Positions 12,801 to 26,478 of a stretch of DNA of 64,000 nucleotides are shown piece by piece. The DNA comes from Balanoglossus misakiensis (lineage: Eukaryota > Animalia > Hemichordata). The notes under the pieces are model-generated. The model ran no database searches, was not told the DNA's origin, and worked only from the letters and a program-made list of their open reading frames with translations. Position 1 is the first letter of the stretch, and every line of letters starts with the position of its first letter. The translations under genes and the position numbers were made by a program. Where the stretch lies: assembly GCA_040954595.2 (NCBI GenBank), contig CM082589.2, forward strand, positions 4,106,213 to 4,170,212. The letters are read 5' to 3'.

Positions 12801-13854
12801 AAGCAAAATAAAATATAATGTGATTCATTTGCTTAAACTAATTTTACATGAGCAGGAACGAATTTATCGTTAAATTAAATCCAACGGTAATATTTTTTTT
12901 TGTTGCTTTTATTTCTTCTTTTTTTCTGGTGTAGCGATTCCTACCCAGTTAGTCTGAGTTTATCTACAATCAGTTGCTGCTATATTAGTTGGAAATATAC
13001 TGTTAGATATCTTAATTTAATTAATTTAATTTACATTTACGAATTCAGGGTATGCTGGCGAGAAATCGACTTTTGATATGTTTTCTTTTATGCATCATAA
13101 TGTGCCATTGGGTATCATTAAGTACTAAATCCATATTTACAAGGAGTGACCATTAAATAATTGCATATACACTGGGGCGACGTGAGATTAACAGCGAAAG
13201 CAGTAATCAACGGTGAAATCATATTTTAAATTTGAGTTGTCAAAAAACTAAGTGCAACTATCAATATACGGTGTTGAAACGAAAACTAAAGTTAAATATC
13301 ATTTAGAACTGAATACGTGTTGAAGGTTTAAAACAGATATTCAATGTCAATCTACATTTTAGTTCTTGGACATGAAATTGTACACAAGTTTTCCCACTGG
13401 GGCCGATTGAAGGTAATTTACATTCTTAGAAACTGGTCTGGATCGAGGCTGAAGCGTCCAAAATGGCGGCTGTGCATGTTTTGAGCGTGGCCTGCCTACA
13501 GATCTATAGACCCTGTGCCTTTGTGGACGGAATAACGATAACAGATTTCATTCATAGTAGGCAAAATTTGACGCTTGATTGTAAGAGTTATCTTTAAGGC
13601 ACAGAGACAGAATCATCACTGAAGGCAAAGGTCTGGGAGCTCGGATACGAAATCAACTGATCTTCGCCCCCCAATGAGTATACATCAGGGCAAAAGGTAA
13701 CTGTGATAGCAAAAGAGCGGCAATTTGTGAATAATCATTTGTCACAGCAGGTGTAGGTGCAAGTGAGGAAATAACACTTTTCTGATAAAATTGATAAAAA
13801 ACTGTTTTTCCTATTGCACTTTATCATGCTATTTTACAGTGTTTCATAAATAAA

Positions 13855-14062
13855 ATGGCCTTCTCTGCGCCTCAAGACAAAAATCAGCCACCAAACGGAG
13901 GATGTAAATTTGTCAACTTTAGTCTCGCAAGATCACCGACACTTAAAGCCAGATTATTTCCAAGCGTTAAATATTCCAAAAACATTCAAAAGGGGATCTT
14001 TTATATTTTGATTCGGCTCAAGATTTCGAGAGACTGGAAGATCGGGGCGCAGAGGAGGCTAT
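13855..14062. mobile_element. Putative MITE-like element (imperfect terminal inverted repeats)
   Basis: Left end atggccttctctgcgcc vs reverse complement of right end atagcctcctctgcgcc (15/17 identical); ~210 bp, non-coding. Confidence 0.4.
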
Positions 14063-14260
14063 ACGAAGCATATTTATAAACATTTTGTGGGTTGTCTTCT
14101 TTCAACTGTACAAATAATAAAAAAAAACCTCGGACGAGGTTCCACTCCAAGACCGGACAACAGTTCAATTTTTACAAAAATATCGTTCGCTTTCATCAGA
14201 AGAGGGAATTTTCTATATACAAGGAGGTATCGAAGTGGCAGTTGGCGGTCGTGTCCTGCG

Positions 14261-17200
14261 TTATTCGGCCGCCTGCTCTTCGCCCTCTGGCTTGTCTGTA
14301 AACATAGAAGAAAACAGAAAGATTTTGAGTCGACAAGCAAAGTGAACGGCGGGAACCAGCCCGGGAGATGTGATGACGATGATAGATCTTACGTGGCTAG
14401 AAAGAAAATGATAAAATGTGAATGACTAAATTAAACACTGGTTGGCATTACTGAACAACACACATACACAGAAAACATTAGATCAACGAAAAGTGATGAA
14501 TTATGACAACTTCATCAGAATACGACAAACTGTTACAAAGTCTGTTAGTACACACAAAGATACATGAACGACGTCTATACATGACACTCAAATGAAGTAC
14601 AGTATATAAACTTTAAAAAATGAGAAAGGGGGTAGAATTAAAAATCATCCCAGTTCTTTGTTTTTTGTCTTAAAAGAAAAAAATGATAAAAAGTTACATT
14701 ATATTGAACTTGGATTGTCATGGTAAACACCCTTTTCATTAGCTGACATTTTGAAACAAAGATAGTGAAATATTAAATCTTTAATATATTATTTCGATAG
14801 ACAAACCTTCTCATGGTTTTGAACGTTCAGTATATAAGAGACTTATAGGCTATAATGAAAAGGGTGTTACAATACATCAAATTGCTTTATAAGTCTTCCA
14901 GAACAAAAGCAGAACGAAACTCCAGAAATTGACAATCAATAATCTAAAAACGTTGTCGCTGAAAGGCATGTAGCAAAATCAGAAATATATCTCCCCACTC
15001 GCGTCCGTTCATCATCGCCAAGTCTGAGGGCAGCGATGGAAGAAACACGTTTGGAAAATGGTTCACAATTGGCGTCCTGGTCTCATGTTTTTTTTTAAGA
15101 AAAAGAGTACACAAATAAATAAAACCGCTGAGAAGAAAATAAATTCCGGTTCGAAGGGTGACAGGTGCGTCGGTCAGTGAACGGGGCACTAGGATCACGT
15201 GATGCTGGTGAGGTGGAGGTATGGTTGTGGTGACATGCATGCATTTGACTTGTTTCATCCATGTTGGCATGGTGACATCTAATGACAAAACGTTGTCCCC
15301 TGTCAAAATGTTGAAGGGTACTATGGAAGATAGACACCGAAGTCCTTTCTTGCAGTCCGTGTGGGCAGGTGGCGGTATATTAGCGGGGGTGTCTGGTAGC
15401 AAGGCGCTCGGAAATGTGATTGGCGTTAATTAAACATACAGAATTTTGCACACTGCGAGGTTATTGTTAATATTAGTGTGGCTCGACCTTACAAAAGCGT
15501 TGCTTTGGCTAAAATGTCCGCTGAAATAGCTTAATAGGCAGTGTTAACGAAGGGCGTGCAGACAGGCTGATAACTTAATTAAGGCTGTGCTGGTTAGGCA
15601 TGCGCAAACCAGGTAGGTCATGGTGCGCAGGTCATGCCGGAAGCTGTGGACAAACATGGCGGAAAGAAGCTGACAATAGACACCGAAGCAATGCACAGGC
15701 TAGGTGGCAGCGGCGGATATGACTGCAAGCCGCCCACGGGACTGCAAGAAAGTACACGTACTTATTCCTCTCACTAAGACGACCGTAGGGGCAATGAACA
15801 TGCAGACATGCGAGACGGACGACGATGCGAGACACAGAGACACACACGTGCGGGAAAACGATGCTGTATTATAATTAATGGGCAGACAATCACGACAAGC
15901 GAAAGGCCCTTTAAGGGTGCGTCTCAGTGAGAGGAACACACTAATCTCTCGCAGACATGTCACCTTCTGCTGTATTGTCTGTTGTGGGTTCTGCTGTACT
16001 GTCTGCTGCAGCATTATCTGCGGCATTGTCTGTTGCGTCGTCTGTCTCTGGCGCCGCCTCTGTTTCTGTCGTTGCCTCGGTTTCAGCTGCAGGTGCTTCC
16101 GTTTCTTCTTGCGCTGGCGCCTCGGCCGCTTCCGGTGCTGACTCAAGCTCGGCCGCGGCCGGCTCTGGCACCGGTGCGGGCTCTGGTTCTGGCGCCGCCT
16201 CTGGCTCCGCCGGTGGGGGTGTCGGTTCACGTGGTTCAGGCTGAGGTTCAGGTTCGGGTTCGGGTTCTGCTGCCGGTGACGGTGCTCTCTCCGTCGTCTC
16301 TGCTGCCGGCGCCGAGTCCGCCTCGACAGCCTCACCTTCGTTACATTGGTCGAAAGTTAGGGTCAAAGTTCATGGAAGCAAAGTCAAACATTTGTCACGG
16401 GCGACATAGAAAGACAATTCCATCAGTGTCGTTTTCCCCAAAACTCAAACGAGCAACTTTGAGAGAAAATCAAGACATCTCGTCACCTGTCCATCATTGA
16501 AGGAACTAGGCCTATACTTTCCGGCTGTTCAGTACCCTTGGACTGACTACAGCTACACGTGCACCCATAAAACCCGAAAACCTCATTACTGACGGATACC
16601 GGACACGACAAATACGACCTCACAAACATGTTAAGGTTACTCATCAGTTGTAGCCACTGCGACAAAATGTGATGACAACCGCCATGACAAGGTAGTTCTG
16701 TGTGGGTTGATGTTAGGGTGTTTACACACAATTTGATAGAATTATCTCGAGTTTGGCATGAAGTCCGTTAGTCTGATTGATCCATCGACATCTGTAAACC
16801 ACACAGAACTATCTTCTTTAACTTACCACACACTTAAATTTGTGCAATTTTTTCTACACGGTGCCTAAGCATGTTACTACCCGACAGAACGAGACAGTTT
16901 CACCGACCCAACCACCATTATGCACCAATACAGAACATAGAACCAGCCTCTTACGTTGTTTATTTTTTTACAAATTGTGTAGTTGCCAATACATCTCCTA
17001 TCCACAGTTCAATAGTTTAGGTTGCCTTGACAACGGCTGATAGGATGCGAGACTCGGCTGCATTTCCCGAATAAGATGAACGATTGAAGATTGTGATAAG
17101 GACTGTGAATGGGGTTTGCCAAGGTACTTGAATAGCGCGTTTCTATGGCAATAGGTGTTGTTGCGGATATTGGGAAGAAAATGGGAAACTGGCTACAACA

Positions 17201-20200
17201 CTCAAGCAACACTCCTCTTCTGTAAGACGTTAAATGGCTTTTGGCATCTTTCTTTATGAACTGTGCGTATCTGTGTGTTTGTGTCTGATATGTCAGTCAG
17301 TTTGACTGTCTGTCTGTCTGTCTATCTGTCTGTCTGTCTGTCTGTATAATGATGCTTGTATGCACATAAAGGTTAAAAGCAATGCCTTTTTGCAAATTTG
17401 TAGTAGTTTTATGCAGAAGTGGGGTAGGAGCTGGGAAAGCATTAAACGCAGCAGTTCAAGATAACAATTCAGAAACATGTTAGTGACGCTGTCATGGCAA
17501 CCGAGACAAAAAGAACTGTGGACATAGATGTATATGAAGATGAAATCTTCGCAACTTGGCGCGTTACCTTCCGTTTCTGCTGGCTGATCTGCTTCTGCGC
17601 TCTCTGCCGGTTGATCTATGTGTAAAATGGAATCGACCAAACGTTATAGGACGCGTGGGGGCTACTTCCTTTGTTTAAAGTACCTTCGTCAGTGCGCAGT
17701 CACCATCACGGCTGCCTTTGCGCACGTGGAGACAAAGCTTTCTGGGTAATCATGTAATTTGAACGGGTGTCAGATTTCCCAACTAGCATGCATTTTGTCT
17801 AATTAATATAACTACATTGAAAATGTTACAGAAACAATAATAATGCACTAGACAGGACTATATATTTACACAGGTGAGATAGTTGGTAAAGAAAGAAGAC
17901 AATGTACGGATGTTACTACTCTATATAAATGTCAGACGACAGAAACAAAAACAAATGGACTATTCATTTCAGGCACAAATGAACAGAAACAAAAGCCAAC
18001 CGTTTCAATTACATAAGTTACATATTTACAAAGAGTCATGCATCTACGAGTTATCGATCAACATTTATTACTGTATATGCTGGGAATAAAGACAGAACAT
18101 TCTCTTGCTGAGAATCTTGATTTTACATTATTTCAATCAATATTTTAAATGTCTGCTAAATTGGTCGTGTTTGGTATTCAAATAGAATTTTTATCGATTT
18201 CCCATTTTACGGTACAAAAAATATCATGACAAGAATAACAATGTCCCAGAATCCGAGCAAGAATCATGTTCTGTCGCTCGCCCTGAAATTGGAATCACTG
18301 GAAAGGAAATTTCGGGTTAAGATTGAATGACAGTCTTCCTCTCGGGGAGGATTCACTACGGGATTGGAATGAAGTAAAGACCGACGAAGATCTAGAACGC
18401 TACTTTTCATAAAGCTACTGACTAGTGTAGTAACATGCACGAAAATCGAGAGAAAAGTCGAACGAATTCAGCCATACTGCCGTCGGCTGCTGGGGCCAAT
18501 TTGCTACCGTCCGTTTACGCCGCAAGCGACGAATGAAACGGGGGAGCATCTGGTTGATGCAGAAGCCGCGCTAACTAATTTCCGAATCTTAAAGGTGTCC
18601 TTTGTTACGCTAAGCAAGAGCGTACATCAGGTGGTAATGATGGCCGATTCTAGCTGCCAATTAAGATTAGTTACTAGCATGGAAAGCTCTACGCACAGAC
18701 TGTGGTGAAAACTTGTATGTTATATCTTACTTAATCCGTATCAACAAATTAAAAAGGGATTTTAGATTTTTGCACATTCAAGCGAAGAAAACCACCAGCG
18801 TGCGTCTATCAAGCTGTTAGGCCTACTGCGTCAGCATTATGCAAACGAGCCAAGACTTTGCGTTTACTGAGCTTGTTTTGCGAACAGTATTGGCAGAATT
18901 CGTTCGTTCTTGGTTGCCTTTCATTATTTTTCCGTCAGCAACCGGTTTACCTTCTGTTGTTGTGTCTGCTTGTTCTGTCGCCGCTGTTTCTGCCGCGGGT
19001 TCTGTGTTAAGACATGGAATTGACCAAAAAAGCTGCCATTTCAGTACGGTCGTCTGCTACTCTTAAGTCGGAGTGTTTTACCGACACAGTTTAAGAACTA
19101 GCTGGTTTTTAGCGAAACTTTTGCAAGCAGAATTACGCCGATTAGAAGGTTTATGCCTACATATACTCAAATAGGCATTAGATTGAATATTCTGTAATTA
19201 TTAGCCAACGCTATTTTGGCGGGCATTTTTGGCAATGGCGTCGGCTTGTGGACAGCGCCCTCTGTGACAAGACTTACCCTCAGGTTTCTGTTCGTCCTGC
19301 TTCTCTTCTCCAGCCTCGACTTCCTCTTTCGGCGACTCTGCAGCAAATAAAAATTAATTTCACCTCGTTAAGGGAAGCTTCAAAAGGAGTCTCAAATTGT
19401 GGGACGTTATACTAGAAAAGGAACTAACTTATGTCGCCATAATTGCATTGATTTTACCATAATGGCAAAATCTGGACATGTCGTAAACCCGTCGTTCCGC
19501 TTTTCAAACATCAAGCCACAAATACTCATCTGATTTATCGACTTGTGCGGGCAGGCGGGACGGGGGATAAGAAAATCCTTATCTACAAAATCGATGGTTG
19601 CGATGGCATTTAAACGGAAAATAATCAACAGAAACTCCTCAACCCCGATTTTCATATGACACCTATCACTGACGCAACGATGGGGAACGCGGTAAAAGAA
19701 TGTCGTCTGCATGCTTAAAAGAAATTGCCTGCAAAACTTTTAAGTCGCTGAGAGCGGACACTGCAAGCAAAACGACGGTGGTGGTGACCGTGGTTCACAC
19801 TTTGACCCTGCCGAAGTTGTGGTTAATTGCAATCGAAGATCACTGCTGTATTTCAATGCGAATACGTACGTACATGCAACGTTTACGAGCCGAAATTATT
19901 TAAACATGGCGTCTGACTGTATGCTGATAAGTGTTTGAGTGGAGGTAATTGCTTTTGAAGTAAACAATGCTGCTTGCTGTCTTTGTCCCTTTGAAAATAT
20001 TAGGTCATGACGGAGATACCGGTCTATGCAATTCTTTCACTCACGCGAACATTTCTTTTCTCGTATCATTTTTCCCGCTGAGGAATAAGCAGCTGAATAT
20101 GGTCGTGTGGGCACTTTTCACAAACGACTGTCATGGCAACAGGTACCTTGACTTGAACCGGTGCCCAAATATGGCGGAGTGCGGCTTGCTGTCGAGTTAT

Positions 20201-23200
20201 TATCGCAAGCAGTGTTTTTGTCTGTTTTGGTTACCGTTGCTATGTACGTATCATAACAGTGTCGCTGGACAATTTATTAGCTGCACAGACGTCGGCGATA
20301 GTTTGCCCGCGCAAGCGTTGTCACTGACTACGCTGTACTCTCCCTACTCTTCGGTTGCCTGGTACAGCACGCATGCTCACAATTCGTTTTTTTGGAAAAG
20401 ATGCACACAAGAGACTTAAATCCACAGGTTGATCTCTGTCGCCATTACTGGTCATTTAATCCAAGTTACTGGATTTTTGTAGCGGCTTGTCAGTTTTGGG
20501 GGGATCCGGGTTGCGATTTGAAAGCAGCCACGCGTTCAGCTACGCAACATCCGAAACGTCGGGTTGCCACAGCAACGCCCGGCAGCGCGCCTTAGCAGAC
20601 GGGAAATGAAGGAGTTCATAACGATCGCGTGAAACGTGACTGGCATGACAAACAACGCAGCCACTATTTCATATTTTTTTCGGGGTATCATTAAGAACAA
20701 ACTTCAACGCCCGAGTCGAAACGAGAACAATTTCCGCTTGAGTTGTGTTTTCTTTAAAATCAAAACAGCAGCCTTGTGCATCGACTGTCCGGCTTTGAAT
20801 AACAAAGACCTTGCCCGAGGAGTCTTCTAAAAAAGTTTGAAGTAGAATAAAATAAATACAGACGGGTCGATGGGTTGTGTAATTAAAAGTCCGGCGGGCA
20901 TGACTGATTTTTCAACACAACACACGTCGTTTCAAACGCAAGTTAGCAAAACAACTGATGCAACATTTAACACCGGTCAGGGGACCTTCGAATATATCCA
21001 CGCAGATCGACAAATGGCCACACTCAGTCCCTTCACTGACTATACGGAGGCTCATACCGCCACATCGTTGTTTTTTTTTTTCTGCTGTGCAGTCATTCAC
21101 GTAAGAACGACACTGCAATCTTACAATTATTACGTGAGCGATACGTTCAAAAGGTGCACACTATATACAGAGGGCCGTTTACCACTGCTGTCAAAAACGC
21201 AAGCGTTGACTGTTATGATAATTGAATGCAAAAGCTCCTATACAGCGTGTCAGCTCTGGGCCGATTGGTAGCCATTCACGGCACGTAGTCGATAAGGCAT
21301 ATTATCTGAATCCCGTTTTTGTTCGCTTCTTACTCTCTTTTAAATAGACCGACTTGTAATACCGACTGATATACATGTCGTGTATAGACTCTTCTAAATA
21401 CAACGTGACCCCCGCCGAGCTTCCCCGGGCACAAAAGAGTCAGTACCTGCGTGTCGACAGCCAAGCTAACGTGTTTGTTGCTTTCATCTCCTCGTTGTGT
21501 TTGTTGCCGGTAATTCAATATATTACCGACGCCATTCCCAATTATTTGAGAGCTTATCGTACGAATTATTCCTTACGTGCGTGATAACCGCCGTTCTGGT
21601 GTCTTATTTTTGTCGTATTGGCGGCTATGTGCTAATCTTTTTTTCCTTATTTCATGTTCATCTTGTCTGTCTGTCTGTCTGTTCATGTTCCCAGTTTTCC
21701 GCTGCAAACTATTTTACAAACAGCGGTGTATCCTGGTAAACCGTGGGCCCACTCCTCCTCAGCCCTAGCATCGGCAAACCGTGAACGGGGTACTAAAAAC
21801 GCGGTTGGCTAAATAATGCAGTCCGTTACTGCTTATATAATTCAATTTACATTGGACTGCGGGCTTGGTCAACGGAATGTTTCTTGAAAGAGCTGACAAA
21901 CGTTGAGGTCGACGGGTGAATCTCTCTGGAGAATCAGATTTGAAGCCCTCTGTCAGGGAGCCACAAACCGTCGTCACTTGTTTGTGAATTTCCGGCTGAC
22001 GTCAATTTGGTGACCGCCTTTCTGTCCCGTTCAAATATAATCTCTTTAATCGGGTCTGGCTTTAAATTGTGTATCATCCAGAAGAGGTATTAGTCCAGAT
22101 AGAGTCGGGTCAGACAGTGCGCTCGGTGAACACCACAGACCTGTGCAGTGCTAGTTCATCATCACGCGCGCTGACAGGCAATGTCTAACGATGTTTTGGT
22201 CTGTTTGTTTGTATTCCCATGGCAACGAAGTGGGGTCACGACTTCAGATGCCAGCCGCATCGCGTTGCCACAAAGCGCTTATCTGCACGGAAACTCGCGC
22301 CCATTAGCAAAGAAAAAATTCAAACACGTAAACGTGGAAAGTACAGGACCGGTTGTAATACAATTCTGTTGCCTAGAAATTACAGAAGGAGAAATAACAT
22401 CTCTCTGCCCAAAAAATATTTGCACCTTCTCTTCTGTGCTCTGGCTGGTGTGTTTTGAATCAAATAAAGATTATGCCAACTTTATCTTAACATGCCATGG
22501 TGCCTAAGTTTTTTTTGGGACCGGGGACCGCCTCTTCACTGGCCGGTAGTTTTGTCCAGAACCGAAGAACTTCTTGCAGACGTACGGTCAACAGATTTCC
22601 CCCGAGCAGCAAACACCTTTTGTTTAAACTCGCTTCTCGAGTATTTGCACGTTCCTTGTAGCCGCGCTTTTAAACTGCTAACACCAAACACCGATAAGTC
22701 TGTCTAACAATGCGGAGTGATTTACACAGCTCAACTACTCAGTTAATTACAGCGCGGGTGGAAAAGAAAAAAAAGTATGCAAGTTACAAGCCACTTGATT
22801 TGAACATTGAATTATGTTTACGAGCATTCGCGTGACCTGATAATATTTCACCTGGACAGTGAAACAAGATGACCCCAGGGTGATAAGGAACACGTTGTTC
22901 TGATAAGCGGAAAGTCACATAACGCGGATAGAGATGTTCTATTTTTGATCGAGTCTCCCCAATTATGCGCTGAAGTGCTTGATATGCAAGTATAACGCGT
23001 GTTACTGCAAAAACGACATACCATGGTACATCCTGACAAGATTCCCTCCTACCCTCTCTCTGTCTAACACGATAAATTTTCTCTCTATTTCTATCTCAAT
23101 CTCACATTCTAACATGATCAATTCTCACACAACACATCTGACGATTATGAAAGAAGTCGGTGACCCAGTTCTATTCATTATTGTCCCATATATCCACGCG

Positions 23201-26200
23201 TTTCCAATCCATGAAATGATTTTATACATGTATGTATGTATGTATACCATCTTGCTTTCAGATATCAACGTCTTCACCCCTTTTATAAGTTGACTATGTT
23301 TCGTTTCCTATCAAGCACACTATTATGTCTACATCATCTGACAGGTGTGCGAGCACGCTTCCAATACCGCCTTTGTGCGTTTCCAGGAAGATGCGAAGAA
23401 ATATTTGTCGGAGTAACCAGTTCATTATTCCACGGTGTGTATTGTATTTATCTCAGGGTTATGAGAACATGTAAGAACTCACCGAGACCGTGTTTCCAAT
23501 TAATCGATTCGGTGGATTCAGTATCGGTGGTATCGATTCCCTTTCTCCGTAATGTTATGTCTAGGTTCACGTGATAGCTCTACGCTCTTTCTGTCTGTCT
23601 GTAACGCTTAACTTCGGAAATTCTGTGATTCCTCAGTTGCGCACCACAGCAAACAATATACTATGCTTGTCAACTTGAGGAAAAGGCATTTTAACGCCGT
23701 TACTGATGCGATATCGTATCATCTTATTGTTCCGACGGATCTACTCATAAAAATCTGACCAGGTGACGCAATTTAATGATTATGGTCTAATCTAGGGTCT
23801 AATACAAACCACTCTGCGAGATTTACAGTATGTCGTAATATTTTTTTTAGGTTTTCTGCAAGTCCCTCCTTCCTTGGCGGGTTCAGTGATATACAGTACC
23901 GTCTGGGCCGCGATATGAGATAAGCGGTCACCGTACGTGTAAATCAGGTGACCCCACTGAAAGATGTTTTGTGATATAAGAAGTTTTGTCTCGTGAACAG
24001 GCGTTGATCTGCATGCAAAGTTAGCGGACACCTGTGTGATTGGCGAAGCTGTGCCCGATCACACTCCCCGCTAAGGCTCAGGAACCAGTGAGTGCACCAC
24101 TCCATAATTTCAGCCCCTATATACGATCATTGTAAGATTTACCGAATAGTAACAATCGTAAATTTCGCGGAGGTACCTCAACAAATACAGTAAATTCCTC
24201 CCAAAACAGCCGTCCGCATTTTTTTCGCCATGTCGCCATGGAAACAACGCTAAAGCCAGCGATCGCGGCCACCCCGTTGCGCCGTTGAGCGTGACCAGGC
24301 TTACACACAATGGCGTAGATATCTATTTAAATCGCCAGAAATTGCGTGATATGCCTGACCGGTCACAGCCTTCGAGTCATTGTGAGATAGCGACGGTCGG
24401 TGTCACAGCGAATGCACTCTAGTTACTTCTAACTAAGCGTTCAGTCGTTACGAAGAACATGGCGTCGTTAAAACAGAAATAAAGTAAAGCAGTGGGCATT
24501 ATAAGTTAACTACGACAATACAGGGTTGAATAAAAAATACGCGTTAATTTTTACAACGTTTACAACCGTATTTCTCGTCTGTTAGTTGTGTGGTAACAGG
24601 CGGCGACCCGAACAAATGTCATGTGAAGCGTAGTGATTCAAACGCTCTGAATATTAAGCTTGTTATTTCCACGCTTCGCCACTTCTATAGACCGGAGATT
24701 GTTCATTCGTAGTCTGGTTTCTTCTCGTGTGATGGTCGTCGGGCCGTGTTTTCATACCTATAGTTTCAATGACTGACAGGATGATTGCTGGCGAACCGCA
24801 CCGAAGTGTGTCACGAGTTATACAGGCGCTAAATTGAACCGTGGTTCAGCTCTCTCTCCCATTCCACTCTCAATCCCCTCTCTCCCCACCCCTCTCCCCA
24901 CGGTTTGTGTAAAACAGAGCCAACATGGCGACAGCATTCTCACGAAGCAAACGTTATCGTCAAACAGCTGCTGCAATTTTCCGCACTCCTGCACCGTCTG
25001 ACAGCGATCGAAGTAAACACCCAATGTGACGTGGTTACCGTACCGTGTTACAAAGTTAAGGTCGGGTATATTCGGGCAATTCAATGTACTTTGAGACTTC
25101 GGACACTACTCACTCACGAACGCCAAGATCAGTTATAGCAGGTGCGATAACAGTCCCTGTCAAGTTGAACACTTGTTTTCCAATTACACGCATACGCACT
25201 CCAGATAACGTCAAGAAGTTTACTATCTTCACTTTTTTTATAATAAATACACTTAAACGAAATTCCCGTAGGAGAACGGCTTCCCGATTTCCGTCCGCAA
25301 ACCAAAGCGCAGCTCTAACGTCAACGAAGCCGTTACCATAGCAGCGATTACTAAAGCCACCCCATCCAGCTTGCCAACACTAAACGAGTCCCGTAATTAA
25401 AATACCAACGAGATGCAAATAACGAATTACGTAATCGCGAACGACCGACTGTGACCGTAACTATGAGACCTTTTTTCACAGATTAAAAATCGGTTCATTG
25501 CATTTTTGTGATTTGTATGCACCCTAATTATTATAAACATTTCGCGACGCCATTTTAAATATTTCCGGTTATTGTTGCTGCGGTAGGTACGGAATTATTA
25601 ATAACTACACGCACTCTGGATTGCGTCTATGGCTTTGGCCAGATTTCAACAGTGCTGCGATTTCCATTAAAAGTTGCTCATTTCAATCATGGGTTCCATT
25701 TTTATCACCTTTTGTCGTCACACCTTACTCTGCGATTTATTACTCCTCAAAACCGATGAACTTTCAGATGGGGCCAAATTGCACCATCGTCGCTCGAGTT
25801 TTTGTTTCGAGTGTCTGTGAATGTCTGCGCACAGCTAGTTCAATTAACGTAAATAGACCCTGTTGCGTAATTTTGTCATTGTTCGAAGCTTGGGTAGCAA
25901 CCGCCATAGCGACGGCTCTGGTGTGTAGGGATTCATTCATGGACCCCACCACACAGATGGACGGTTGTGAGTACGTGGAGGTATTTTTCAAACCAGAGCA
26001 CAGTGTAAATACTCCTATTCACATACACGCCCGTGATTGTAAAAAGGCGCCATTTTGACCCGATTTACACTGGTAAACACTCGACGTTTTCACAAGGCGT
26101 GCCTGTATGTCGTGTTTTCTTTCAGAGAATTACAACACGTTGATTGTGCTGCACTTGCACCAATACAATGCCCCTGTATCCACACCCCACGACCATTTCT

Positions 26201-26478
26201 GTCCACGCGAGGCGCAATAAATATCCACTGATTCGAGCGAGTTTAATCGAAACAAGTCGTTGAAAATCTCCCAATTTATCCCCCCATGCCAGATACGAAG
26301 CTGGTCGCGAAGGCCCCGGCGGAGCACCACCACCGGACCGGCCACGTTTCGAACTCAGCAAGACCCTACCTTGTTCCGCCTGTTCTTCTGTCTGCTTGTT
26401 GTCAACCTGGGGTTCGTCTTTTGGCTGTTCTTGAGGTGCGCTCTGGCTCTCAGCGGTATTGCTTGATCCACAACCCAT
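14261..26478 (-). CDS. N-acylated (MGCGSS) acidic intrinsically disordered protein, GAP-43/BASP1/MARCKS-like in composition, ~224 aa
   Basis: Exons 26478-26370 (MGCGSSNTAESQSAPQEQPKDEPQVDNKQTEEQAEQ), 19337-19278, 19001-18951, 17615-17568, 16335-15964 (E/A/P-rich), 14295-14261 (DKPEGEEQAAE*). All introns are phase-1 GT-AG and composition is uniformly E/A/P/T/Q-rich. An acceptor at 26502-26503 implies a non-coding upstream exon. Candidate polyA signal at 12612-12607. Confidence 0.8.
17307..17344. repeat. (TGTC)n microsatellite
   Basis: Tandem tgtc/tatc run seen directly. Confidence 0.85.
18091..18275. mobile_element. Putative MITE-like/foldback element in an intron
   Basis: Left end gacagaacattctcttgctgagaatct vs reverse complement of right end gacagaacatgattcttgctcggattct; AT-rich interior. 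Confidence 0.4.
24232..24245. promoter_or_regulatory. RFX X-box-like motif (GTCGCCATGGAAAC), one of several in the acidic-protein gene
   Basis: Close match to the X-box palindrome GTTGCCATGGCAAC. Similar motifs at 17139, 17488, 20127, 22213, 25332 and 26678. Confidence 0.35.

Noticed and set aside
15700-16500. Overlapping ORFs (Arg/Gln-rich, Cys-rich, Ala/Ser-rich)
   Set aside because: Alternate-frame and antisense shadows of the low-complexity E/A/P exon.
19250-19259. GGACAGCGCC, the right half of a REST/RE1 site
   Set aside because: No adjacent TCAGCACC left half; it overlaps a better CTCF-like match.
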